DNA of 64,000 nucleotides from the NCBI GenBank assembly GCA_964016885.1, contig OZ024758.1, forward strand, positions 2,418,001 through 2,482,000. Direction: 5' to 3'. The position numbers and the translations under genes were made by a program. This document shows positions 43,325-55,355 of the stretch, piece after piece; within the stretch, counting starts at the first letter, position 1; every line of letters starts with the position of its first letter. A model generated the notes under the pieces. That model worked only from the letters and a program-made list of their open reading frames with translations. It made no database searches and was not told where the DNA came from. Source of the DNA: Eledone cirrhosa (taxonomy: Eukaryota).

Positions 43325-44297
43325 CTGAAATAGAAGTTAAAATTATCAAGTCAGAATATCTATAAAATGATTTCAGATTTAGGCACAAGGCCAACAATTT
43401 GGGAGAGGGGGGAGGGGGTCGATTAAATCGACCCAAGTAAATTATTGGTGCTTATTTTATCGACCCCGTAAGGATGAAAGACAAAGCTAACCTTGATGGA
43501 ATTTGAACTCAAAATGCAAATGGCTGCCACTCTTTGCTGCGAAGCAGGGAGTCTGACGTTCTACCGGTACTATCAATCCACTGCCCAGGATCTTTATATG
43601 TTTATATCTACCATTCAAACACCACCGTAATGTGAATATCACCTTTAGATATAAAACCTACCACAATGGGATCTTTAACAAAACTATAGGGATACAGAGT
43701 CCTTGGTTTACTAACCAACTAGACAGAAATCTTTCCAGTTTTATAGCCACAGGTCAGCCTTCATTGAGATCTGTGGTCAAAGACAGTGATACTGTGATTG
43801 TATCATTGGAGAAATAAAGTATAGTGAAGACTTTCAGGATAGACATCACCATCTATTTCTAACATGATAAGGGGTCATTTGGTAGCTAGTACTAGCAAAT
43901 CAAAACACTGTATAGGGACTTCTTCAGTTTTGGTTTTATTTAGTTTTTTCTTGGTTATGATCCAAGAAGTCTGGTTCTAACATTTGACTATTTAGTTCAC
44001 TCCAATGTCTTTAACTCTTTCATTAGCATATTGCTAACTAATGAAAGACAATGCCTAGGATTTTTCAAATAATTTGGAAAATAAAAATTAAGCAATTCAA
44101 CAAAATAACTAAAATTTCATTTGTAGGTTGATATCTAAAACATCACTTAACATGTCCTAATATAAAATGATGATGAAAGGTTTTAATAAACATTTAAAAA
44201 TAAATAGTTTTGTATCTCCCTCGGACAGGCAGAGTTGACAACTAACTTTTTTATCAACTTTGATTTTCTAAGATGAAATTCATTAAATACAAATAAT

Positions 44298-44481
44298 TGT
44301 TTCTACTTTTGGCACAAGGCCAGCAATTACACAGTACATTACTGGTACTTTATTTTATCGACCCCATAAGGATGAAAGGTAAAGTTAACCTCAGCGGGAT
44401 TTGAACTCAGATCATAAAGGGCTTTAACTATGCTGCAAAGCATGGCGTCCGACCCTCTACTGATACTGCCAATCCACCGCC
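44298..44481 (-). mobile_element. Full-length tRNA-headed SINE in P450 intron 10 with 16-17-bp TSD
   Basis: CATTAAATACAAATAAT at 44281-44297 and 44481-44497. Confidence 0.9.
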
Positions 44482-44530
44482 ATTAAATACAAATAATGGT
44501 AATTAAAAAAAATATATTCTTTAAACATAC

Positions 44531-44595
44531 TGTGTCGGAAGAGGCCAGTGTTTGTCTTCTTGCATGAGAACCCCAATAGCATGAAGAATAGGAGT
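44531..44595 (-). CDS. CYP20A1: CYP20A1-like exon 10 (TPILHAIGVLMQEDKHWPLPT)
   Basis: A.GV..Q....WP.P as in CYP20A1; ctacag acceptor, GTATGT donor. Confidence 0.92.
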
Positions 44596-44703
44596 CTGTA
44601 GAGAGAAAATATATATTGAACAATCAGTTATACAAGTGTTAACACAAGAAAAACATTTTCAGTGTAAAACAATTGTGTTGAGAAGGTTTTAATAGTAAAA
44701 ATG

Positions 44704-45057
44704 GATGTCAGTCATGATCCTATAGTAAGAGCTCTCCAGATGTCAGCCATTACCCAATAGTAAGAGCTCTCCAGATGTCAGCCATTACCCAATAGTAAGA
44801 GCTCTCCAGATGTCAGCCATGATCCTATAGTAAGAGCGCTCTAGATGTCAGCCATGATCCTATAGTAAGAGCTCTCTAGATGTCAGCCATTATCCTATAG
44901 TAAGAGCTCTCCAGATGTCAGCCATTAAACTATAAGAGCTCTCTAGATGTCAGCCATTATCCTATAGTACCAGCTCTCCAGAGATCAGCCATTATCCTAT
45001 AGTTCCAGATGTCAGCCATTGTCCTATAGTAAGAGCACTCCAGATGTCAGCCATTAC
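44704..45057. repeat. 35-bp minisatellite (~10 copies), P450 intron 9
   Basis: GATGTCAGCCATTATCCTATAGTAAGAGCTCTCCA. Confidence 0.9.
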
Positions 45058-45713
45058 ATCTTCTATTTAGATATATTGCCTCCAGAATAAAATTATCCAA
45101 TGTGTTCTTCCTCTTAAGAGAATATGGCAATATTTGAGAAAGATTAGGTTGCTATTTCTAGTAAGTGACGTGACCACGAAGAAGTGTCATCGTTTCTTCT
45201 TTCTAGAGTGCTCAATACTAGAAACTTTGGTCGAATATTCGTATTGTCATTTATATAGATCTTACTGGACACTGTCTGTTATGACAATGAGTGTTCCATT
45301 TGATCCGATCAATGGAACAGCCTGCTCCTGAAATTAACGTGCTAGTGGCTGAGCATTCCACAGACACGCGTACCCTTAACCTTTTAGCATTTAAGCCGGC
45401 CATATTTGGCCAGAATTCTCACCTTTCTCTTCAAACTGATCGTAACTGGCTACTCATACTGATGTTAAGGTATTGTTCTTAAAATAAATAATATCAAAAT
45501 CTCATAGATTTAAAAAAAAAAAATAAAAAAAAAAAACCTTCGCCCTCCAGGACGCATGGTAGATTTTTGAGACTTATTTCAGGAAAAAAGTAGCCTCTTC
45601 AACACTGGGAAATATGGTACACAAAATAATGAATAAACTATCATTTAGTTAGGAGAGAGGGCAGTGGCCTTAGCCCTTTTTAGGTCCTCCAAGATGAAGG
45701 AAATTATTCTTAC

Positions 45714-45825
45714 ATTTTTGGGAATTTTATGTCCTTCAATTTCCCCATCAAAACTCTGGGTGTAGGCAGACCATTGTATTAATACAGCACACCGATGAGT
45801 TTCATCCAACACTTGCTTCAGATAT
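45714..45825 (-). CDS. CYP20A1: CYP20A1-like exon 9 (YLKQVLDETHR...IEGHKIPKN; K-helix ExxR)
   Basis: ExxR = ETHR, G..IPK motif; cag acceptor, GTAAGA donor. Confidence 0.94.
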
Positions 45826-45914
45826 CTGAGTAAATGATAAAATATAATAAAATCAAGAATTTATTTAAATCTTTTGTGAACATACTTTTAACAAAATACT
45901 AGTTTTAATAATAA

Positions 45915-46230
45915 TCATCATTTTACGTCCGCTTTTCCCTGCTTGTAAGGGTGGGACGGGTCCTATTTAGCACAGCATCTCTCCATTTGTCACGGTCCTT
46001 TGTCATCTCTGAGGTTCAGCGATCTGAGATCTGCTCTCACCACCTCCGCCCATGTTTTTCGTGGTCTTCCTCTACTGCATCTTCCTTCTACTGGGATTTC
46101 TTGGCACTTCTTTACCCAGCGGTCATCCTCCATGCGCATCACATGTCCATACCATCTCAGTCTTCTCTCCCACACACCACAACTTATCCCTCTTATACAC
46201 AGTTTCTCCCTCAACTCATCTATGCTTTTT
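45915..46230 (-). mobile_element. RTE-clade LINE 3' end in P450 intron 8; older copy 63440-63690 (-)
   Basis: ERRLRWYGHVMRMEDDRWVKKC...VEG...RGRPRKTW.EVV..DL; tail GGACGTAAAATGATGAT. Confidence 0.88.
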
Positions 46231-46925
46231 AATAATATAATAATAATAATGAAATTATTGTGTAGTGCTCAGGTGCACTACAACTCATCAAAGGTGCATG
46301 TATAGTACATAGATAATGTACAAACATCAGAAAAATTAACAATGAGTCATGATATACATGTGTGCGTGTGTATGAGGGGGGATATCAGGTGTAGTGTTGG
46401 CAAATTTCAGGAAGCATGGAGGTTTTAAAGGATGCATTGAAAATATTCAAAAATTGAGATGTTAAGTGATCTAACATTTTTTAAAAACTTATGGAAATCC
46501 AGTATATTCCATGTAATAAGATTTCAGTCCAAAATTTCCAGTTAAACCTATGAAACAGCTTTAAAAGCGTTAATAAGTTGGGTTGAATATGGAACCTGTG
46601 CCAATATATCTATACATAAATTTGAGCAACTTCCGTCTGTGTTTGTGCGTCTATAATTGTTTCTTCTTTTGCCACAAGACCAGCAATTATCCAGTGTATT
46701 ACTGGTATTTTATTATATCGACCCTGTAAGCATGAAAGGCAAAGTTAACCTCCGCGGGATTTGAACTCAGACCGCAAAGGGCCGTAACTCTGTGCTGCAA
46801 GGCATGGCGTCTGACCCTCAACCGATACTGTCAATCCACCGCCTTGTGCGTATATAATATATGTGTTAGCGTGTTGAAAAAATTTATTCCAAATTTCGAG
46901 AAAATAATTGATAAATATTCCTTAC

Positions 46926-47043
46926 TTCAATTTTTTAAGATGGGATGGAGTAATTTCTTCGTCTTTTAGACTCTGAACTTCTTTTGTAAGTCTAGTTTGT
47001 ACATCACTATGGGTAGCAAGGAAGTACAATAACCAGGTTAACA
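46926..47043 (-). CDS. CYP20A1: CYP20A1-like exon 8 (LTWLLYFLATHSDVQTRLTKEV...LKKL)
   Basis: P450 I/J-helix pattern TW..YFLA.H..VQ..L..E; cag acceptor, GTAAGG donor. Confidence 0.93.
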
Positions 47044-47089
47044 CTGAAATAAACGTTTCACAAGTATTAGAGCAAATTTGGGGGCACAA

Positions 47090-47447
47090 ACAGAATACTT
47101 ATTACTACACATTCATTTACACAGAATACTTGGTACTACACATTCATATACACAGAATACTTGGTACTACACATTCATTTACACAGAATGTCTGTTACTA
47201 CACATCCATTTACACAGAATGTCTGCTACCACACATCCATTTACACAGAATGTCTGTTACTACACATTTATTTACACAGTATACCCGTTACTACACATTT
47301 ATTTACACAGTATACCCGTTACTACACATCCATTTACACACAGTGCCAGGTACTACACATCCATTTACACAGAATGTCTATTACTACACATCCATTTACG
47401 CAGAATGTCTATTACTACACATTCATTTACACAATGTCTATTACTAC
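47090..47447. repeat. 31-bp minisatellite (~11 copies), P450 intron 7
   Basis: CACAGAATGTCTATTACTACACATCCATTTA-like unit. Confidence 0.9.
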
Positions 47448-47822
47448 AAACGTAAAGCCATGGCTATGCTAATACAGATATCTGCCAGCCCTTCTGAGAC
47501 TAGACAAGAGATCCCCACCACCACCCAACCAGTACAATAGTGATGACAGACAGACAGGCACAAAATATTGAGACTAGAAATAAAATAATTGTTTCTACTT
47601 TTGGCACAAGGCCAGCAATTACCCCAATACATTACTGGTACTTTATTTTATCGACCCCATAAGGATGAAAGGCAAAATTAACCTCGGCGGGATTTGAACT
47701 CAGATCATAAAGGGCCGTAACTCTATGCTGCAAGGCATGGCATCCGACCCTCTACTGATAATGCCAATCAACCGCCTTTATAAAACATAAATAATGGTAA
47801 AAGACGAGAAATGTGACATTAC

Positions 47823-48002
47823 AGCAGCCTAGAGTATGAAAACCAAACATCATTGTGGTGAAGAGATCAACAACTATTTCATTATCAGACGCATCAGACG
47901 ACAGCAGGAAGTCAATTAACAAAGGATCCTTTTTCGCGTCAGGAGGTTGGCTACGGCGTTTTGTCACAGCATCTTGTAGATATTTCTTAAGAAAATCTTG
48001 GG
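47823..48002 (-). CDS. CYP20A1: CYP20A1-like exon 7 (QDFLKKYL...LLIDFLL...MMFGFHTLGC; I-helix)
   Basis: ttttcag acceptor, GTAATG donor; FGFHT at the A/G-G-x-x-T position. Confidence 0.9.
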
Positions 48003-48244
48003 CTGAAAAATAAATAAAAAGTAACTATAAATGTTTTGTTTGTAAGAACTTTTAACCCTTTAGCATTTAAACTGGCCAGAATTCTCTCACCTCTTTCTGT
48101 TCAAACTAGCCGTAACTGGTCACTCATACTGATGTTAAGGTATTGTTCTCAAAATAAATAACATTAAAATTTCATAGATTCGATAATATGTGAGATAAAG
48201 CCTTTACCACAAAAATACAATAGTATATATAAGTGTTAAACGGG

Positions 48245-48277
<33 letters not shown>

Positions 48278-49375
48278 ACAAACAAAAACAGGACAGCTCA
48301 TCTAGATTCACATTAGAAGAGGCTCTAATTTACTGGTTACTATAGTTACTAAAGTAAAAAGTGGAGGTAGAGTAGAAGCTACGACTTACTGGTTACTACA
48401 GTTTACTCAGCTGTAGAAATGACTTGTAATGTCACTGGTGCCAAGCTGTATCAGCCATTACCTTTCCCTTGGATATCATCAGTGCCATGGAGAGAGGAGG
48501 CTGGTATGCATGGGTGACTGCTGGTCTTCCACGGAGGCAAACTTTCTAGGTGCAAATCCCATGGTCATGCGTGACCAAAGGGAGTCTTTATTTTTACAAT
48601 AAAAAGTGGAGAGAGGTAGGGCAGAAGCTACAACTTACTGTTTACTACAGTAAAAAGTCCCACATTAAAATATCAAGTTATCTAACCTCAACTTGAACCA
48701 TCTTCTCTAATTATTGAGATGCTCAAAAGACAGAGCACAATTCTTGCAACTTAGTCTACTTCCCAGTTTCACACAAACACCACTTAACACTAAAGCATTC
48801 AATGGTGGTGTTAAACAGGGCAACATATTAAGTCCTCCACTAAAGAATTGATGTAGTACATCAAATGGGTTGCTACATACCCAGTTTCTGTCTTAATCTC
48901 CCTAATTTCAGTCACGACTAAGGTCAACATATAAGCACATGATTGCAAGTTAACCTTTTTAACCCTTTAGCATTTGAACTGGCCAGAATTCTCTCACCTC
49001 TTTCTGTTCAAACCGGCTGTAACCAGCCAGAATTCTCTCACCTCTTTCTCTTCAAACCGGCCGTATCTGGCCAGAATTGTCTCACCACTTTCTCTTCAAA
49101 CTGGCTGTAACCGGCCGCTCTTACTAATCTTAAGGTATTGTTCTCAAAATAAATAATATCAAAATCTCAGATTTGATATTATGTGAGGTAAAGCCTTTAC
49201 TGTGAAAATACAATAGTAAATATATAGTAATGTAAATGTTATGAGAGATAATTATGTGAAATAAAGCCTTTACCATGAAAATACAATAGTAAATATAGAG
49301 GGTAAATGATAAAGGGCTAACTGATCAGTTATGCCTACAAACAAATACAAAAATTAAATATGGAAAACATTGTAC

Positions 49376-49451
49376 CCTCTTTAAAAGCGTGTATTCTGTG
49401 AGCTTCTGGTTCAGCAAGATCTTGTAAACATCTCTGTAATTCATACCAACA
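49376..49451 (-). CDS. CYP20A1: CYP20A1-like exon 6 (CWYELQRCLQDLAEPEAHRIHAFKE)
   Basis: ctacag acceptor, GTACAA donor, 76 nt; W.E motif; phase fits exon 7. Confidence 0.82.
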
Positions 49452-49506
49452 CTGTAGAAATGGAAACATATATAAAACATCTACAACAAAAGAACCACTC
49501 TGTACA

Positions 49507-49716
49507 TATTAACATATTTCACAGTTGAATAACTAATGACCACTACATTAACATATTTCATGGCTAAATAACTGTAGTGACCACTACATTAACATATTTC
49601 ATGGCTAAATAACTGTAGTGATCACCACATTAACATATTTCATGGCTAAATAACTGTAGTGACCACTACATTAACATATTTCATGGCTAAATAACTGTAG
49701 TGACCACTACATTAAC
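49507..49716. repeat. 41-bp minisatellite (~5 copies), P450 intron 5
   Basis: CATTAACATATTTCATGGCTAAATAACTGTAGTGACCACTA. Confidence 0.88.
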
Positions 49717-49739
49717 CGTTTTGTTTTATGATCACTTAC

Positions 49740-49904
49740 TGTATCAAAATTCCTCCGCAGTGTAAAAATCTCCATGTTGTCTTTGAAGGTATCTCCAATT
49801 GTGCTAAGGACTTGATATTTCAAAGCTAAAGCCATCATGTGTTCTTCTGTTGGAATATGTTGATCATTCATTGTCGACCATTTCATCAGTAATTCATTAG
49901 TTAT
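49740..49904 (-). CDS. CYP20A1: CYP20A1-like exon 5 (ITNELLMKWSTMNDQHIPTEEHMMALALK...NFDT)
   Basis: ELL.KW....QH.P...HM...A.K motif as in CYP20A1; poly-T+tag acceptor, GTAAGT donor. Confidence 0.92.
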
Positions 49905-49969
49905 CTATAAAAAAAAAAAAAGTCTTGATTGGTTTATTCAACATTTTCTTTTCTTTCACCAAGAAGTTA

Positions 49970-50262
49970 AAAGAGAGAGAGAGAGAAGAGGGAGAGAAGA
50001 GGGAGAGAAGAGAGAGAGAAGAGAGAGAGAAGAGAGAGAGAAGAGAGAGAGAAGAGAAGAGAGAGAGTAGAGAGAGAGTAGAGAGAGAGTAGAGAGAGAG
50101 TAGAGAGAGAGTAGAGAGAGAGTAGAGAGAGAGAAGAGAGAGAGAAGAGAGAGAGAAGAGAGAGAGAAGAGAGAGAGAAGAGAGAGAGAAGAGAGACAGT
50201 AGAGAGACAGTAGAGAGACAGTAGAGAGACAGTAGAGAGACAGTAGAGAGACAGTAGAGAGA
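49970..50262. repeat. ~290-bp (GA)-based polypurine tract, P450 intron 4
   Basis: AGAGAGAGA(A/GT/CAGT) units. Confidence 0.92.
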
Positions 50263-50298
50263 CTTGGGTCATGAAACTCATTAAGTAGGAGGGAGTAC

Positions 50299-50441
50299 CT
50301 TTCCTATAATTCTAGAATGGATTTTGATGGAATCTTCATCCAAGGACTTCGCAAAGCTGATTCTACGTTGCTTTCCTGAGTCAGTGTTCTCAAAGAGACC
50401 TTCTGATGTCAAAAGTGGTTTAAACAGCAGGTAAACCTCAC
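50299..50441 (-). CDS. CYP20A1: CYP20A1-like exon 4 (EVYLLFKPLL...HSRIIGK)
   Basis: tttcag acceptor, GTACTC donor, 143 nt, open and phase-consistent. Confidence 0.85.
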
Positions 50442-50833
50442 CTGAAATATTAAAAACATCACAATAAAAACTGATGTCTTCATTAAGAGAAAGACAAAAT
50501 TGTAAACAGAAATATTTTAAAATTAAAAAGAAATATAGAGAGAGCATTGAAAATATTGTTTTAAAAGATATATATCGGTTGACAAGACCCCAGACCTCAC
50601 TCACTTAACAAGTGGGGTGGAGCTTGTCAAATCAGACCAAGGAAACAATGTTTCCGTTGGTCTTTTCAATTGTTAGTACTATCTACAGGTTGCAAATCCA
50701 GGCAGAAGGAGCAACATGAAATAAAGAGTCTTGCTGAAAGACATAACACATCACCCCATCTGGGAATCGAACTCACAACCTCACTATTGCAAATCTAATT
50801 ATCTAACCACTCAGCAAAATCTGTAATCCTTGT

Positions 50834-51055
50834 TTAACCCTTTAGCATTTAAGCTGGCTGTATCTGGCCAGAATTCCCTCACCTCTTTCTGTTCAAACCA
50901 GCTGTAACTGGCCACTTAAACTGATGTTATGGTATTGTTCTCAAAATAAATAATACCAAAATCTCGGATTCGATATCATGTGAGATAAAGCCTTTACCAT
51001 GAAAATACAATAGTTATATATATATATATAGAGTATTGTGAATGCTAAAGGGTTA
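50834..51055. mobile_element. piggyBac-like MITE (~220 bp); other copies 10489-10725, 42112-42522 (tandem pair), 45375-45510, 48053-48240, 48950-49320, 51766-51958, 59378-59605, 62090-62480, 63977-64000
   Basis: TTAA-CCCTTTAGCATT ... AATGCTAAAGGG-TTAA: TIRs with TTAA target site. Confidence 0.85.
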
Positions 51056-51459
51056 AAGCTAAACTTAATTTAAAAACAAATAAATTTATTCAGTAGAGAT
51101 CTAAGTCCAATTGAAACTAAAACCATGAACTATCACAGTATAATTTTTGAAAGACTTTGGCTAGGGTGACAACCACCTCTCAGTCTCCAACACTAGTATC
51201 ACTAATAGTATTTTGGAGGGTTAAAAGATATGTAGATCATCTTTGAGGACCAATTGACACTTTAGTCCTTATGTACATGTGCATATACACACAAGATACT
51301 TTGTTTTACAGGTTGACCATTTGAAAGAAGAACAGTCTCCCAACAGGGAAAATGCCCTGAAGGAGTTACACAGAAACAGAGACCAAACAATAACATGAAT
51401 TTATCACAAATCTAAGAAGAAAATGTGGAATTTTTAAAGAAAACTTCGGAAATTCTTAC

Positions 51460-51629
51460 TTGATCGATCAACTATTTTCTTTTGATTCTTGAAAATTTCC
51501 GGAGATGACAGACTAATAACTTGGTAATTTGATATCCAAAATGAAGTGATGGAACCATATTGTTTATGTATATTGATTAAGAATTCATGAAGACTTCCAG
51601 AACGAATAATATCGGCCAAATTTCCATCT
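51460..51629 (-). CDS. CYP20A1: CYP20A1-like exon 3 (DGNLADIIRSGSLHEFLINIHKQYGSITSFW...VDRS)
   Basis: DGNL..I..SGSLHEFL..H..YG...SFW is the CYP20 signature; cag acceptor, GTAAGA donor. Confidence 0.95.
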
Positions 51630-52300
51630 CTGAAAAATAAGACATGGATATTGAATATTAAAAACATTACAATTGATATGTAATCTTTCAATTATTGATT
51701 TGAAATTGGAAAAGAGAAACTTAAAACATGACATACATGCTAAGAAATAAAAAGAACTCATATGTTTAACCATTTAGCATTTAAACTGGCCATATCAGGC
51801 CAGAATTCTCCCACCTCTTCCTGTTCAAACTAGCTGTAACTGGTCACTCATACTGTCAAAATAAATAATATCAAAATCTCATAGATTAGATATTATGTGA
51901 GATAAAGCCTTTACCTTGAAAATATAATAGTAGAGTAATGTAAACGTTAAAGGGTTAAGGTAGTAAATTGGTAGAGTGATGAGAGCAGTGGCTTTGTTCT
52001 GGCTCACTGAGCCTTGGATTAAATGTCTCTTCTGGCTCATTGAACAGTGGATCAAATGTCTCTTCTGGTTCACTGAGTATTGGATTAGTAATCAAGCCAA
52101 TAAAGAAACTTCTACAGAGGCTAAATGGAATATTTTCCCCGACATCAGGTCTTAACAGAGGTTGTAGGCTTTACAGATGTCATTTTAGGCTTAAGGTTTA
52201 AATAAATTACTTTCTAAATACAAATTATCACATAACACAATCATCTTTCTTTCAGACATGAGTTTTCTAGAATATTTTAATAAAACAAAAACAAACATAC

Positions 52301-52350
52301 TGTTTAGAAGATGGTTCAAGTCCCAGGATTGTAGTTGGTCGTTTTGAGCC
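52301..52350 (-). CDS. CYP20A1: CYP20A1-like exon 2 (GSKRPTTILGLEPSSK)
   Basis: ttttcag acceptor, GTATGT donor, 50 nt; phase fits exons 1 and 3; corresponds to the hinge region. Confidence 0.85.
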
Positions 52351-52778
52351 CTGAAAAGAGAATTAAAAAAAATATAAATATACTCATGACAGTGTGGAAA
52401 ATTGGACGTTAAACAGTGATGATGATGATGATGGTAGTCCAACCCTTGCTAGCAGAGAAAACAGACTGTTCTGCTAGCAAAGGTTTGAAGGATTTTTACA
52501 GACCAAGTGAGTACTCAAGTAAAACTACAAACCTCTCAGATAAGCTGGGAGTGAAAAATACCAGCTCATCAATAAAAAAATGTTTGAATTGTTTTTTTAA
52601 TAGATACATGAAACAAACTACCTGCATCAGTTATTAGCTGTCAGAACACTGCATCCTTCAAAACTTCCATGCTTCCTGAAATTCGCCAACACTACACCTG
52701 ATATTCCCTCCCCACACATACACATGCATGAATGTGTGTGCGTATACAAATATATATATTGTGTGTGTATATATATAT

Positions 52779-52809
<31 letters not shown>

Positions 52810-52926
52810 TGTGTGCGTGTGTGTGTGTATATATATATGTATGTATCCCACCCGACCAACCTTGCCTCAAGTGGGAAAACTCCCGTCTAACCCATGCTAG
52901 CGTGGAAGATAGACAGTAAACAATGA

Positions 52927-52964
<38 letters not shown>

Positions 52965-53161
52965 GATATCCCCTCTCCATACACAAGCATATATCTGTGT
53001 GTATATCATGACTCAGACTTCACTTTTCTGATATTTGTACATTATTCTACGTACTATAAATGCACATTTGATGCCTCTCCTTTGTTCTGTCCTACGCCCA
53101 AAACAAGATGGCGTAGGACAGAACAAAGGAGAGGCACAAAAAACAAAGAAAAGAATCCCCA

Positions 53162-53204
53162 GTCACTGAAGAGGTCACAGAATGTGTGACGAAAGAACTT
53201 TGAC
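53162..53204 (+). ncRNA. Minimal hammerhead motif in P450 intron 1 (antisense to the gene); family copies 34690-34733 (-), 56113-56155 (-), 54997-55372 (interrupted)
   Basis: GTCA-CTGAAGA-G-GTCAC-AGAATGT-GTGAC-GAAA-GAAC-TT-TGAC. Confidence 0.62.
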
Positions 53205-53376
53205 AATATATAAACAACCATTTGGTTGTGGAACCAACCAACCAACCGGAAATTTATAAATTCCTAAATTTATAAATTTATTATAATAAATTGAAGTGAA
53301 AGCAAATGGTGCGTGTGTTTCTTATTGGCAACATGACCTTCCCAAAGTATAACAATATATATATATATATAGAGAG

Positions 53377-53560
53377 AGAAATGGCTTCTACAGGACTAGA
53401 ACTGTTTCATTCGGAAGAAATCATCAGGAACCCTGATGATTTCTCCTGAATGAAACAATTCTAGTCCTGTAGAAGCCATTTCTATATTAAATACTTACAC
53501 TCTGCTATATATTGAGTACCTTACTTACTATAGTTACCCCCGATTGAACCCGGGATAAAC
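53377..53560. mobile_element. Fold-back element family B: two head-to-head hammerhead cores; other copies 1414-1485, 33177-33347, 34420-34535
   Basis: Each arm reads CTGATGA-TTTC....GAAT-GAAA-CA(G)TTCTAGTCCTG-TA-GAAGC. Confidence 0.68.
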
Positions 53561-54333
53561 ATATATATATATATACATAACGGAGGAGGTGTGGTAAGGA
53601 AACAGATGGACCATAACGCACCAAAGTATTCAATACTTAGGGTAGTAGAGTGGGTAATAGGAGAAAGTATGACCCCGACGGCAGAGCTCAAGCCATTTCG
53701 ACGGCTATTTCTGGAGTCCAGAAATAGCCGTCGAAACGGCTTGAGCTCTGCCGTCAGGGTCATACTTTCTCCTATCATATATATATATATATTTACCGAT
53801 TAATCTACACGTATAATAGAATTGATGTAGTTTTTAGAAACTAATTAACGTACAGTAGTTCTTTTTAAATCTTATCTTAGACTCGTGTTGAAACTATGAC
53901 ACTTTTCAATTTGACAAATCATTTAACAAGAAAGAGAGATAAATAAACGAATAATTCAGACTTTGGTTGAAATAAAATGACAAAGAGTTGTTGTGGAGAC
54001 GAACAAGTTAGATTAATAAGATATGAAACATATTTAAATGGTGGTCTAACACAGAATATATATTAATCATTAATTGGAAAACATCGACCGACTAAAACAA
54101 TTACCAACAATTAAACAATTAAAAAATGACGAAGTTGGCGAAAAGTATATATATAGTAAATTGCGTGGGGGTTGTTTTAGTTATATCAAATATTTTCTCA
54201 CTTAGTCAACAAAAACAAACCACCACACATAAAATAATACAGCTTACAGAATTATAATTCTTATGGTAATTAATTTACAAGAAGGATATATATATATATA
54301 TCTGGAGAGCAGGAAATTATATATAATACTTAC

Positions 54334-54405
54334 GGGATAAAGGTAGATTATTGAAACTATTAAGGTAACAACGAAAAAAACGGCGAATATTACGAAGTCG
54401 AGCAT
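54334..54405 (-). CDS. CYP20A1: CYP20A1-like cytochrome P450, exon 1 (signal anchor MLDFVIFAVFFVVTLIVSIIYLYP)
   Basis: ATG at 54405; 24 codons closely matching the remembered vertebrate CYP20A1 N-terminus (MLDFAIFAVTF...LYLYP); GTAAGT donor, phase 0. Confidence 0.93.
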
Positions 54406-55030
54406 GGTTACGGGAAGTCTTCTAGGGTTGCATTCATAAATGTCAATAACAGAAAGAGTTTGAAATATGAAAAACTATCAATATATTTATGGTTAATATA
54501 AGGAGGAATTTTTTGCTTCCTTGCAGCTCTTGTATTAACTTGGTTACTGCTATCAAGTCTTCCCACGGAATTCTGCAACGTATCAATGGGATGCAGCCAA
54601 TGCTGCGTGGACAATATAATATACAGCTACCGGTGTAAACCAAACAAACTCCCTCATATGAAATAATTGTTTCTACTTTAGACACAAGGCCAACAATTTT
54701 GATGGAATGGGAAAGTCGATTAAATCGACTCAGTTCATTACTGTTACTTTATTTTATCGACCCCGTAAGGATGATAGACAAAGCTAACCTTGGTGGGATT
54801 TGAAAGCGTCAAAACTATCTATATTCGAAGAATCGTTGTGAATTCCTGCCCTTAAAATGTATTCTTACAAAACTATTTGCTTTAATTTCTATTTTTTATA
54901 ACAAACATGTATGATTTTTAATTTTATTACCTTTCTATAAATATAACAAGGTGGTGTAGGACTGAACAAAGGAGAGACACAAAATAACAACAAAAGTAAT
55001 CACGGAGGAGTTCACAGAATGTGTGACGAA

Positions 55031-55355
55031 CAGTGACGGATTTAGGACAAATGAGGCCCTGTGCTAGTTACCGTATTTCCCGGCGTCGAAGACACTACTT
55101 TTTCTCTAAAATAAGTCTCAAAAATCTACAATGCGTCCTGGAGGCCCAAGGTTGTTTACTATTTTTTTCCAAATTTTTGGTTGTCAAAATTAGGGTGCGT
55201 CCTCGAGGACGAAGAGACTTCGGCGCCGGGAAACACGATAAGTTATGAAGCTTAAATTCATCGTTAGATGGTAGGATGGTGCGACCCCCCCTCCCCATTG
55301 GCCAACGGGGCCCTGTGCTTAAGCATACCTAAGCACAATGGTAAATCCGGCACTG
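55031..55355. mobile_element. hAT-type MITE containing a nested Tc1/mariner-type MITE (55071-55238)
   Basis: Outer TIRs CAGTGACGGATTTA / TAAATCCGGCACTG with 8-bp TSD GTGACGAA/GTGGCAAA; inner TIRs CCGTATTTCCCGGCG / CGCCGGGAAACACGA with TA TSD. Confidence 0.75.
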
